Source of the DNA: an uncultured archaeon
GTDB lineage: Archaea > Iainarchaeota > Iainarchaeia > Iainarchaeales > Iainarchaeaceae
Direction: 5' to 3'
Length of the DNA: 32,000 bases
Assembly: GCA_964577555.1 (NCBI GenBank)
Contig: CAZNZM010000001.1
Location: forward strand, 87,278 to 119,277
Shown here: positions 9,472 to 18,488 of the stretch, piece after piece
How the letters are laid out: the number at the start of each line of letters is the position of its first letter
Numbering within the stretch: position 1 is the stretch's first letter
Notes under the pieces: generated by a model
What the model saw: the letters and a program-made list of their open reading frames with translations, nothing else
Told to the model about the DNA's origin: nothing
The model's database searches: none
Made by a program: the position numbers and the translations under genes

Positions 9472-9600
9472 ATCTAAAAAAAATAGCTCGCAAAAAAAAC
9501 ACAAAAAAAACAAAAAAACAACCAAAAAAATAAAACAAAATTTCAAACAAAAAAATAAAAAAAATAAAAAGGCTCGCAAAAAAACAAACCAAAAAATTTT
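9472..9600 (-). repeat. A-rich (plus) / T-rich (minus) intergenic repeats related to those at 1-140, with GCTCGC/GCGAGC cores at about 9486-9491 and 9572-9577
   Basis: atctaaaaaaaatagctcgcaaaaaaaacacaaaaaaaac closely matches the repeat at 1-55; second core is ggctcgcaaaaaaacaaacc. Lies between convergent pgiA and gap ends. Confidence 0.8.
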
Positions 9601-9620
9601 GGTGAAGTTTCTGAAAAAAT

Positions 9621-10616
9621 TCATAATTTCAAGTGTTTTATGACATCAACTATTCTTTGCGAATAACCCATTTCGTTGTCATACCATGAAACCACTTGAA
9701 CCAAAGTTCCGCCAATTACTTTTGTTAGTTTTGAATCAAATATGCTTGATCTCGTGTCACCAATTATGTCTGTTGAAACTATTGGTTCGTCAGTATAACC
9801 TAAAATTCCTTTTAGGCTTCCTTCAGCCGCTTTTTTCATTTCTGCGTTGATTTCTTCGGCAGTAGTGGGTTTTTCCAATTCTGCGGTTATGTCAACAAGC
9901 GAGCCAGCCGGGACTGGAACTCTTATGGCTTTGCCGTCTATTTTGCCTTTGAGTGCGGGAATTACTTTTGCAGCGGCTTCGGAAGCGCCTGTTTTGGTTG
10001 GAACTATGTTAATTGCCGCAGCCCTTGCCCTTCTGAAATCTTCGTGTGTTGCGTCAACAAGGTTTTGGTCATGAGTATATGCATGAATCGTCGTCATAAA
10101 GCCTCTTTTTATTCCGAATTTTTCATTCAGTACTTTCAAGACTGGCATGAGACAATTGGTAGTGCATGAAGCATTATCTATTACAGGATCTGAAAGCTCC
10201 AATTTATCAGTATTCACGCCCAATACAAAGCTTTGCATGTCTCCTTTGCCGGGAGCTGAAATTATTACTTTTTTTGCCCCGGCTTTTATGTGTCCGCCAG
10301 CATCGTCCTTTCCCCTGAAAACACCTGTGCTTTCCACAACTACATCAACACCAAGTTCTTTCCAAGGAAGCTGTTCAGGTTTTACCCTTAACGAAATGAC
10401 TTTGACTTTTTTCCCATCAATGACAAGATTATCGCCTTCCAAAGAAACCGAGCCTTTGTATTTGCCATAAACCGAATCATATTTGAACAAATATTTTGCA
10501 CTTTCAGCGCCTTGCGGATGATTCACAACCCAATCAATACCTTCTTCCCTTATACCTTGCCTTAAAACAAGCCTTCCAATTCTTCCAAACCCGTTTATTG
10601 CAACTTTCATTAACAT
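9621..10616 (-). CDS. gap: Glyceraldehyde-3-phosphate dehydrogenase, bacterial class I type
   Basis: VAINGFGRIGRLVLRQG, catalytic ASCTTNC, TIHAYTHDQNLVD, WYDNEMGYSQRIVD. Confidence 0.97.
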   Translation of the reverse strand: MLMKVAINGFGRIGRLVLRQGIREEGIDWVVNHPQGAESAKYLFKYDSVYGKYKGSVSLEGDNLVIDGKKVKVISLRVKPEQLPWKELGVDVVVESTGVFRGKDDAGGHIKAGAKKVIISAPGKGDMQSFVLGVNTDKLELSDPVIDNASCTTNCLMPVLKVLNEKFGIKRGFMTTIHAYTHDQNLVDATHEDFRRARAAAINIVPTKTGASEAAAKVIPALKGKIDGKAIRVPVPAGSLVDITAELEKPTTAEEINAEMKKAAEGSLKGILGYTDEPIVSTDIIGDTRSSIFDSKLTKVIGGTLVQVVSWYDNEMGYSQRIVDVIKHLKL

Positions 10617-10770
10617 ACCTCCAAAACCGCTAAAGTATAAAATTAAGTAAAAACCTTAATTTAAACTTATAAGGAAAAAATTGTAATTTCTACAAAAGTA
10701 CTTTTTTACAAAAAAATAGGTTTTTTTAACTTTAAAAAAGCTAAAATACTAAATAGACAATTTATAATGC

Positions 10771-11742
10771 ATGGTTGAAAATATTGGAGGCATTCTTGTT
10801 CCGGAAACAAAGCGTTTTGATTCCAAGCAAGCTATAATTGGCTTAGCAATAAGCGCCATATTAATAGCCACGCCATTATACGTTTACAAACCTGGCTTAG
10901 ACACTGAAAATTTTATTTTATTATTAATTGCTGGAATAACAATGTCCTATTTTATTGCGTCTTCGCTGCAACAACTCAAAGAAAAAAAATTTGAAAATCT
11001 GGATTATTTAGACAAGGCAATTATTATTGCATTGCTAACTGTGATATTTATAGAAGCAATTATATTGACGTTATTTTTTATATCCCCAAACTTATTAGGA
11101 ATAAAAATTGAACAACCTGAAAACCCAAAAATAAGTTCCAATTACGGCTTGGCTGCGGAAAATTATAGGAAAGCAATTTTAACGGGCAATGAGGAATTAA
11201 TAAATGAAAAATTGAAAGAATTTGAAGAAGAGCAAAACAATGCATCTGAAAAGCTTGAAGAGGAATGCAAAAGCGACGAATACAAAGCAAGCGAGTTGTG
11301 CTTGCAAAAATCAAAAGCTGTTCAATGCCACAAAAAAATTGTTTCGGCTTTGGCTGAGCTTGGCAAACAACGTTCACAAAACCAAAACCAAACAGAAAAT
11401 TGCAAATCGGTTTTATCAAAAAATTCTTTGGCAGAATGCGTAATGGTGCTTGAAGCTTTGGGACTTCCGTCTAATTACTTTAATAATTTGTGTTCTCAGA
11501 ATCAATCAGGCGATTCCGCAAGCCAAGAAGACAACGTTGAAAACCCACAAAGCTATACTGATAAAAACGTGGAGTATGACCCAAACGAAGGAAAAAGCGC
11601 ATGTACTTTTTTCAACGGGTATTTTTGTGAACTTGAAGAAATATGTCCTGGCAATTTGCTTGATTATGGTTCAACAGACAGGTGTTGCGAAATTCCGTGT
11701 GTAAAAAAATACGAAGAAGAAATTAATGATTACAATGAATAA
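10771..11742 (+). CDS. Membrane protein with N-terminal TM segments and a Cys-rich C-terminal region
   Basis: Hydrophobic segments AIIGLAISAILIATPLYVY, FILLLIAGITMSYFIA and AIIIALLTVIFIEAIILTLFFI, then multiple Cys. Confidence 0.65.
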   Translation: MVENIGGILVPETKRFDSKQAIIGLAISAILIATPLYVYKPGLDTENFILLLIAGITMSYFIASSLQQLKEKKFENLDYLDKAIIIALLTVIFIEAIILTLFFISPNLLGIKIEQPENPKISSNYGLAAENYRKAILTGNEELINEKLKEFEEEQNNASEKLEEECKSDEYKASELCLQKSKAVQCHKKIVSALAELGKQRSQNQNQTENCKSVLSKNSLAECVMVLEALGLPSNYFNNLCSQNQSGDSASQEDNVENPQSYTDKNVEYDPNEGKSACTFFNGYFCELEEICPGNLLDYGSTDRCCEIPCVKKYEEEINDYNE

Positions 11743-11756
11743 CAGAGTGATTAGAA

Positions 11757-12713
11757 ATGCAAAAAAATTTCAGAAAAATAGTGTTTTTTATTATATTATT
11801 AATTGTGTATTTTACAGGAATTGCTTTTGCAGAGTGTTTAAACGCTGCGGATTGCAGTGAAGGAAAAATTTGTGTTGCGGGAGAATGTTCTGTTTGCAAT
11901 CAAAAAAACTCAGGATTGCCTTGTAGTGACGATTCGAAAAACGATTATAACAACGATGGCATATGCACTTATGACGGTTTATGCTCAGAGTCAGTGGTTT
12001 GTCTTGACATTTCATTGAACAAGCATTTTTTTGGTTGCCAGTGTGCCAACGGCTCGCCGTGTAGCATAAGGCCTTTTGGTGAATTCAATACAAACGGGGT
12101 TTGTCTAAACGAAAAATGCGAATCAAAGTATTGTTCGTCTTCCAACCCTTTAATTCCGCAAATTTGCAGTTCAATTGAAATAACGTGTTCTGAATCAAAT
12201 GAAGGCAAATTTTGCGATTATGTTGGGGATGGGGAATTTGCCCCTGAAGGAAAACGCTGTTATTCTGGAAATTGCTCAAAAGAGGCTATATTACAAAAAA
12301 AAGAAGAGGGTGAAAAACAAGAAAAAAAAATCGACAATCCTTTTTTTCCTAATCAAGAAACAATCCAAGAAAATACTTCTAAGATAAGTTTGGCAGAACT
12401 CATTTTTGGAAAAATAATTTTTGACAGAAATTTGTTCGCTGCGTTCATGCTTTTGGCACTAATAGGCTCTTATTTTGTATTCTTGAAAACCGGGATGTTT
12501 TTTCCAACAAATGCTTCAACAACCCAAAAACAATTAGCATTGGTTAAAAGATTTCTTGCGGCCGCCTTCCTCTTCCTATTGACTTTCCAATTAGGCAGGC
12601 TTTCAAATTATTATATTTCATTTTTGTTCGTCATACTTGTAGTGCTATCAATAATAATGTCCGACAATTACTTGAGAAAAGTAAAGGGGCAAAGGCAAGC
12701 AATAAAAGTTTAA
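11757..12713 (+). CDS. Secreted Cys-rich protein with C-terminal TM anchor
   Basis: N-terminal signal sequence, a Cys-rich ectodomain (CLNAADCSEGKICVAGECSVC...), then two or more TM helices and a basic tail. Confidence 0.7.
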   Translation: MQKNFRKIVFFIILLIVYFTGIAFAECLNAADCSEGKICVAGECSVCNQKNSGLPCSDDSKNDYNNDGICTYDGLCSESVVCLDISLNKHFFGCQCANGSPCSIRPFGEFNTNGVCLNEKCESKYCSSSNPLIPQICSSIEITCSESNEGKFCDYVGDGEFAPEGKRCYSGNCSKEAILQKKEEGEKQEKKIDNPFFPNQETIQENTSKISLAELIFGKIIFDRNLFAAFMLLALIGSYFVFLKTGMFFPTNASTTQKQLALVKRFLAAAFLFLLTFQLGRLSNYYISFLFVILVVLSIIMSDNYLRKVKGQRQAIKV

Positions 12714-12834
12714 GAAATTGAAAAAAAATCAGGACAATTTCCAAGGTATTATAACAAAAATTTCTAATAACAGAAAATCAACCAATTTATTAAATATTAA
12801 TTGTTATTTGTTTTATTTTAATGGCGGATAAAAT

Positions 12835-13803
12835 ATGTTGGATATAATTTCTTTCGGCTCTGCAACTGAAGATGTTTTCGTGCATGTTCCTAAAAGCAAT
12901 TTTGGCCAAAATGGTTGTATTTTTCACCCTGGAACAAAAATTGAAATAGAGGACATGGATTATTTTATTGGTGGCGGAGCAACAAATACTGCAGTTGGTT
13001 TTTCGCGTTTTGGCCTCAAAGCCGGGGCGGTATTTGCAATAGGTGATGATGAAAGCGGTGCAGCAGTTCTCAAGGAATTAAAGAAGGAAAAGGTGTATAC
13101 AAAAAATGCTTTGGTTGTAAAAGGCAAAAAAACTTCTTATTCGGTAATTCTCACGGGTTTTGGCAGGGACAGGGTTATTTTAGTTTATAGTTCTTCTACC
13201 GCGATGCTTAATAAAATCAGGATTAATTGGAAAAAAATCAAGGCTAAATGGTTTTACGTTTCTTCATTGCACGCTGAACCCAAAATGCTTAAGGAAATAG
13301 CAAGGCATGCAAAAAAAATTAATGCGAAAGTGGCATTTAACCCTGGACAAAAAGAGCTTGAGCTTGGAATTGGCGGAATAAAAAATATTTTTGGTAAGGT
13401 GAATATACTAATATTGAACAATCATGAAGCAATGAAGCTTACTGGTTCCGCCGATATTAAAAGGAATCTTGCAAAATTGCTTGAAATAGGAAAAGTAGTA
13501 GTTATAACCGAAGGACAAAATGGAGCTCACGCAACAGACGGAAATTTTGTTTATTCTATCAAGCCTTACGAAGTAAATGTAATTGATTCAACTGGAGCTG
13601 GCGATGCTTTTGGTTGCGGTTTTGTCGGGGCTTTTGTGAAAGGAAAAAGCATTGAGGATTGCATGAAATTCGGAACAGCCAACGCGTGTTCGGTTATCAT
13701 GTATTTGGGCACAAAAAACAAGTTGCTTCGCTGGAACGAAGTGCCGAAATTTATTAAGGAACATTCAAGAAACGGAAGACAGGTTGAAGTGAAAAATTTG
13801 TGA
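12835..13803 (+). CDS. PfkB-family carbohydrate kinase (ribokinase-like)
   Basis: FIGGGATNTAVGFSRFG N-terminal signature and VNVIDSTGAGDAFGCGFVGAF C-terminal signature. Confidence 0.93.
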   Translation: MLDIISFGSATEDVFVHVPKSNFGQNGCIFHPGTKIEIEDMDYFIGGGATNTAVGFSRFGLKAGAVFAIGDDESGAAVLKELKKEKVYTKNALVVKGKKTSYSVILTGFGRDRVILVYSSSTAMLNKIRINWKKIKAKWFYVSSLHAEPKMLKEIARHAKKINAKVAFNPGQKELELGIGGIKNIFGKVNILILNNHEAMKLTGSADIKRNLAKLLEIGKVVVITEGQNGAHATDGNFVYSIKPYEVNVIDSTGAGDAFGCGFVGAFVKGKSIEDCMKFGTANACSVIMYLGTKNKLLRWNEVPKFIKEHSRNGRQVEVKNL

Positions 13804-13839
13804 GATTTTTCTGCAAAACCAAAATAAACAATATATTTT

Positions 13840-14514
13840 TCATTCGTCTTTGTCAGAGTATTGTTCGTATTTTGAGTTGTTGAATCTGTAAAGAAATTTT
13901 TTTATTTTGCTTTTTTTATAAGTGTAAAAGTCGAGGACTTCGTGTTTTTGGCCGCAAAATTTGTTGAAATTTACTTCTTGACAGGGATCAAGAATGCAAA
14001 AGGTTCCTTGTGATTGATTTTCTTCTTTTTGATCAGGATTTTTTCTAATCTGATTCTCGTTTGTTTTCATTGTTGTAGGCAGTATTGTAACAACAAAAGC
14101 ATGGGGTAAGCCGTTTTCCAATTCTGCTATTACTACTTCTGCATTTTCGTCTCCAAGGCTGTAAAGCAATGAGCAAAGGAAAATCGCTTTGTCTTCGTCG
14201 TCAGCCACTTTTTCTGAAACTATTTCTTTTGGAGTAAGCCAATACGAAATTCCAATGTCAGGCTCAAAAGTTGTTATTTCATCCCGTACAAAGTTGAAAC
14301 ATTTTTCTGCGGCTTTTGAATAATTGACAGGGTATAAATAGTTTTCTCCTGAAAATGATTGAACAATTGATTGTATTGTAAGGTCATTCTTTGTAACCAT
14401 TGCTTTTATTTCGCCAACAGTTTTCTGTTCTTTCTCGTTTATTAGGTTAGAATAGCGATTTACCAGTATTTTAAGTATTTTTGCAAGAAGTTCAGGGTTA
14501 CTTTCATCACCCAT
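13840..14514 (-). CDS. Transglutaminase-like fold protein without the canonical catalytic Cys
   Basis: TPKEIVSEKVADDEDKAIFLCSLLYSLGDENAEVVIAELENGLPHAFVVTI resembles the GDCEDKAxLLxSLLRxLG...HA(F/W)V pattern, with Asp in place of Cys. Confidence 0.5.
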   Translation of the reverse strand: MGDESNPELLAKILKILVNRYSNLINEKEQKTVGEIKAMVTKNDLTIQSIVQSFSGENYLYPVNYSKAAEKCFNFVRDEITTFEPDIGISYWLTPKEIVSEKVADDEDKAIFLCSLLYSLGDENAEVVIAELENGLPHAFVVTILPTTMKTNENQIRKNPDQKEENQSQGTFCILDPCQEVNFNKFCGQKHEVLDFYTYKKSKIKKFLYRFNNSKYEQYSDKDE

Positions 14515-14676
14515 AATAAATAATATTTATTTGGTAAAGTGGTTAAAACTTGCTTTTTTGAAAAACGATGAAATAAAAGGTTTTTAATGCCAAAACGGCT
14601 TAAATAACTAAAAAAAAGCTTTTTTTCGGAAAAAAGTAATATTTAATTGTCCAATTGCCTTATTTTATAGATTTTT

Positions 14677-15093
14677 ATGGAAAAATTCAAGAGAAAAAAC
14701 GGACAGGTTGCTTTTGAATATTTGATAGTAACGGGGTTTTTTTTGTTGGTTGCCGGAACTTTTTTTATATATGCAATTGTAACCGTGAATTCTTCTCTTG
14801 GAAGCCAACAAGGCAACGATGCGGTTTCAGTGATAGCAAGCAACGCAGATTTTGTAGCATCTTTGGGAAGTGGCAGCAACATAGTTTTTGACGTGGTTTT
14901 TCCAGACAATAGTACCAACTTGCAAATTTATGAAAAACAAGTAAGGCTTGTGGTTGGCTCTGGCGATAACGCCTCCAGTTTTTACGCTTATACAAAAGCA
15001 AATATGACTCCAACAACTATTCCGGTTGAAGGCGGAAAGCGTTATTTGAAAGCTGTTTTTTTTGATGGTAATGTCTTGGTGGTGGCAGAATGA
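14677..15093 (+). CDS. Class III signal peptide pilin-like protein
   Basis: MEKFKRKNGQVAFEYLIVTGFFLLVAGTFFIYAIV. Confidence 0.85.
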   Translation: MEKFKRKNGQVAFEYLIVTGFFLLVAGTFFIYAIVTVNSSLGSQQGNDAVSVIASNADFVASLGSGSNIVFDVVFPDNSTNLQIYEKQVRLVVGSGDNASSFYAYTKANMTPTTIPVEGGKRYLKAVFFDGNVLVVAE

Positions 15094-15446
15094 AAGGACA
15101 AAGCTCTGCTGAAGCGCTTATAGGAGTTGCATTTATATTGTTAGTATTGCTGGTTGTTATTTGGCAAAGCATTGAAATGGAGTCAAAAAGAAAAATGGTT
15201 GAAAATTTAGAAATATCGAAAAATGAGTGTTTTAAAATCCAAGGAGCAATATTAGCGGTTTATAGTGTTCCGGAAAATTCCCAAATAGAAATTTTTTCAA
15301 GTGTTGATTTCAATATTTCTGGGGAAAAAATAATAATGAATGGATTCAATTGCGATCATGTTGGGAGTCCTATTAATAAAAATTTGAAAAAAGGAAATGT
15401 CAGAATAAGAAAATCAAATGGTGGATTTGATGTTAGCAACTTCTAA
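15090..15446 (+). CDS. Class III signal peptide minor pilin-like protein
   Basis: MKGQSSAEALIGVAFILLVLLVVIWQSIEMESKRK; 4-nt overlap with the upstream gene. Confidence 0.82.
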   Translation: MKGQSSAEALIGVAFILLVLLVVIWQSIEMESKRKMVENLEISKNECFKIQGAILAVYSVPENSQIEIFSSVDFNISGEKIIMNGFNCDHVGSPINKNLKKGNVRIRKSNGGFDVSNF

Positions 15447-15924
15447 AGGGCAAGGATTAATAATAGATTTTTCTCTTGGGTTTTTCGTATTTATAATAAT
15501 TTTCATTACAATAACAAATGCATTCAATTCAAAAATAGAGGATATAAACAAAAAAAACGATTTGGAGGCAATGCGAATAAAAGCCGGAAATTCTATGAAC
15601 TTGCTTATTAGGTCTCCTGGAGAGCCAAGTAATTGGGAAAACCTGCCAATTTCTTCGGTAAAATACATAGGCTTGGCATCCAATGACAGAAATATATTGG
15701 AAACAAAACTTTCAGCGTTTTCTAATCTCGGAGAAAATTATTTTGAAGGAAAAAGAAAAATAGGTTTGGCGGAATATGATTTCTTTTTTGAATTCCAAGG
15801 GGTTGATGATGTTAATGCCGGTTTGGAGCCTTTTGGCGATATTGACAAGGTTGTTGAAACAAGAGTAGTAAGCTACAAGGGGGAGAGTGCAATTGCAAGA
15901 CTCGTTGTTTATAAAAGCGGATAA
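15430..15924 (+). CDS. Pilin-like/pseudopilin-like protein
   Basis: MLATSKGQGLIIDFSLGFFVFIIIFITITNAFNSKIED; overlaps the 3' end of the upstream gene. Confidence 0.75.
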   Translation: MLATSKGQGLIIDFSLGFFVFIIIFITITNAFNSKIEDINKKNDLEAMRIKAGNSMNLLIRSPGEPSNWENLPISSVKYIGLASNDRNILETKLSAFSNLGENYFEGKRKIGLAEYDFFFEFQGVDDVNAGLEPFGDIDKVVETRVVSYKGESAIARLVVYKSG

Positions 15925-18487
15925 AGGTTTTGTTTTTTCAATGGATTCGCTTGTAGCTGCCATTGCTGTAGTTGGAGCAATAATTATTTTAAGCCAACAA
16001 GCTTATGTGTCGCTTGAAGTGGATGTGCAAACCCCAAAAATAACAGATGACGCTATTTTTTCGCTTGAACAAACAGGTTATTTAGCAAATACTTTGGATT
16101 CAAACAATGAAACAGAATCGGCAGTACTTATAAGGCAAAAACTGCTTGAAAGCCTTCCTCCCGGCTTTGACGCCAATGTCACCGTCACTACATATTATAT
16201 AGACAAACAAGCTTGTGCTTCGGAAAAAACTTTTGAAGCTTGCTTTCCAGATGAGAACAGGTTCAGTGGTTATGCTGGCGAACCGGCTCCAAAAGAAAGT
16301 TTTTCTTTCAAAAAATTTTTGTTAAGAAAGCAGGCGCCTGGTGATTGCAATGTTGCATACATGGTTTTTTCAGAACCTGAAGAAAAAATATTGGAAATAA
16401 TTACAGAATCTTATAATGAACACAAACCAGAAGCCTTGTTTGATGCAAATGCTATTAATGCAGTATTTGATGTAAATGTAAATCCTGACAATGAAATAGT
16501 ATGCGATCAAAACGTTAATGTTACTCTTTCAATCAGGATTCCGAAAGATGTCAGAAAAGCAGTGGATATTATGCAGGTTTTTGACAGAAGCGGTTCAATG
16601 AATGATTCAACGGTTTTAAGAGGCGAACTAGGCAAATTCACTTACAACCAAGGAACTTATACTTATTATCAGCCCCCGCCTACTTGTTCAAATTATGGAA
16701 ATTGGATTCAAGTTGGGTCTTTCTATTTAAGTTATGATCATTCTTCAGAACAAATTGTCAATGTGTATATGCATTATACTGGTTATGATGGAAATTGCAC
16801 TTATCCAAGGCTTAGGGTTAGAAGGCCTAATGGAAATTGGGTTCCTGGAAGCAGCGGCACTTCAAGTGCATCGCCAATAAGGGTTGGTATTTCCAGCGCA
16901 AAAAAAGGTACTTATACTGTTTGGGCTTGGTCTGATGAAAATATATGGTACGATATAAATGGAAGTGGTCCTGGAATGCCAACTGGTTCTTATGGAAGTG
17001 GTTATTTAAGCGGTGGTACATATACCTATAGTTATCCGCCAATACAATGTACTTCTTATTCAAATTGGCAGACAATTACGACTTTTAATGTTGACCAAAA
17101 CTTTGCCGCAATAGAACCTTCAATGTTGTTTAATAGGAAAAATTCATCATATACCGGTTCTTGTTCTGGTTCAAGGTTTAGAATAAAAAGGCCTAATGGG
17201 ACTTACGTGCCTGATATTAATGGAACGACTTCAACACAAATTACTGTGTCAAGCCCGACTGTTGGAATTCACACTATTGAAGCTTGGAGCGATAGAAACA
17301 TAACAAGCGATTTCAATGTTTATACAAGAAAACTTACTTCTGCAAAGGTTGCCGCAAAATCTTTTACTGATTCAAACTTATGGACTACTTCAGACAGCAT
17401 GGGTTTGGTTAGTTATTCAAGCAGTGCAACTTTGTCAAGAACGCTTCTAAAACTTACTGATTCAAACAAGGCTCTTATAAAAACTTCAATTGATTCTCTC
17501 ACTGCTTCAGGCACAACTGCTACTGGCGATGCAATAGCTTTGGCGACGCAAGAATTGCAAAGCCAAAGAGCAAACCCTCTAAGCATTAAATTTCAAGTAC
17601 TTTTGTCGGATGGGCAAAGCAACACTGGAATGTCTCCATTTACAGCTGCTGAACAGGCAAAAAATGCAGGAATAATAATATACACAATAGGTTTTGGAAC
17701 TGATGTAAATGCATATGAATTAAGTACAATTGCAAATATTACCGGCGGAAAATATTATTATACTTCTGACGCAAATACGCTTAATGAAATTTATCAATTG
17801 ATTGCTTTGGAAGTTGCTGAAATGGCAAACGATTCAAACGTTGTTGTGCCAATATATTCTGGAACTTTAATAGTAAACGACGGAAATGGGGTAATACAAG
17901 ACGGAAATTTGGTATTCAATGCAGGATCAATAACTGCAAGCACACCTTGGAGCACTACTTATACATTAAACTTTCCTTGTTTGAACCCCAATGTTTGCAC
18001 TGCATCAGCATTCACTTTTCCGGGCCCGGGTTCCATGTTTATATATGTTGACAGCAATGGAATTACAAGAAATGTTGATTTCAACGCATCAAAAACAGTT
18101 TCATTCAAAAAAAGAGATTTAAATGTAGAGTTTACCGGTGGGACTGTCTTGGGCAAAGACAATGTTGTTGTGGATTTGTTAGTGAAAAACACAGGACACC
18201 TTGATGCAAACTCAACCGACTTAAAACTATACCTGAATAGCTTGTTGTCTTCACCAAAACAAATAATCGAAGTTCCGCCGCTGTGTTCAACATATACGCC
18301 TGGTTGTACTAACAATAGTACAATATTTCAAGGCATAAACCTGGATTCCGAGGGTTTGATATACGGTTCTTTAAATGACGCCAATACTATAAGCGAGTGC
18401 CCAATAGGCAATATAGCTGCAATTAATTGTACTGGCGGTCCATTGACTCAAATATATTCAATAAAATACGTGATTTGGAGGAAATGA
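15887..18487 (+). CDS. VWA-domain surface protein with pilin-like N-terminus and VWA domain interrupted by tandem repeat domains
   Basis: N-terminal ADKGFVFSMDSLVAAIAVVGAIIILS; MIDAS DRSGSMND at about 16583; VWA resumes KLTSAKVAAKSFTDSNL...KFQVLLSDGQSNTG...IIIYTIGFGTDVN. GTG start in track; exact start uncertain. Confidence 0.88.
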   Translation: MQLQDSLFIKADKGFVFSMDSLVAAIAVVGAIIILSQQAYVSLEVDVQTPKITDDAIFSLEQTGYLANTLDSNNETESAVLIRQKLLESLPPGFDANVTVTTYYIDKQACASEKTFEACFPDENRFSGYAGEPAPKESFSFKKFLLRKQAPGDCNVAYMVFSEPEEKILEIITESYNEHKPEALFDANAINAVFDVNVNPDNEIVCDQNVNVTLSIRIPKDVRKAVDIMQVFDRSGSMNDSTVLRGELGKFTYNQGTYTYYQPPPTCSNYGNWIQVGSFYLSYDHSSEQIVNVYMHYTGYDGNCTYPRLRVRRPNGNWVPGSSGTSSASPIRVGISSAKKGTYTVWAWSDENIWYDINGSGPGMPTGSYGSGYLSGGTYTYSYPPIQCTSYSNWQTITTFNVDQNFAAIEPSMLFNRKNSSYTGSCSGSRFRIKRPNGTYVPDINGTTSTQITVSSPTVGIHTIEAWSDRNITSDFNVYTRKLTSAKVAAKSFTDSNLWTTSDSMGLVSYSSSATLSRTLLKLTDSNKALIKTSIDSLTASGTTATGDAIALATQELQSQRANPLSIKFQVLLSDGQSNTGMSPFTAAEQAKNAGIIIYTIGFGTDVNAYELSTIANITGGKYYYTSDANTLNEIYQLIALEVAEMANDSNVVVPIYSGTLIVNDGNGVIQDGNLVFNAGSITASTPWSTTYTLNFPCLNPNVCTASAFTFPGPGSMFIYVDSNGITRNVDFNASKTVSFKKRDLNVEFTGGTVLGKDNVVVDLLVKNTGHLDANSTDLKLYLNSLLSSPKQIIEVPPLCSTYTPGCTNNSTIFQGINLDSEGLIYGSLNDANTISECPIGNIAAINCTGGPLTQIYSIKYVIWRK
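16655..17320 (+). repeat. Two tandem copies of an approximately 100-aa domain inserted within the VWA domain
   Basis: Copy 1 YTYYQPPPTCSNYGNWIQV...GNCTYPRLRVRRPNGNWVPGSSGTSS...KKGTYTVWAWSDENIWYD. Copy 2 YTYSYPPIQCTSYSNWQTI...GSCSGSRFRIKRPNGTYVPDINGTTS...TVGIHTIEAWSDRNITSD. Confidence 0.85.
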
Positions 18488-18488
18488 A

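Noticed and set aside
9416-9643. 75-aa Lys/Asn-only ORF on the plus strand
   Set aside because: It is a translation of the A-rich repeat region between pgiA and gap; composition artefact, not a protein.
14677-18487. Phage or integrated element origin of the VWA cluster
   Set aside because: No integrase, transposase, capsid or terminase genes and no flanking direct repeats or tRNA were seen; flanking genes are housekeeping.
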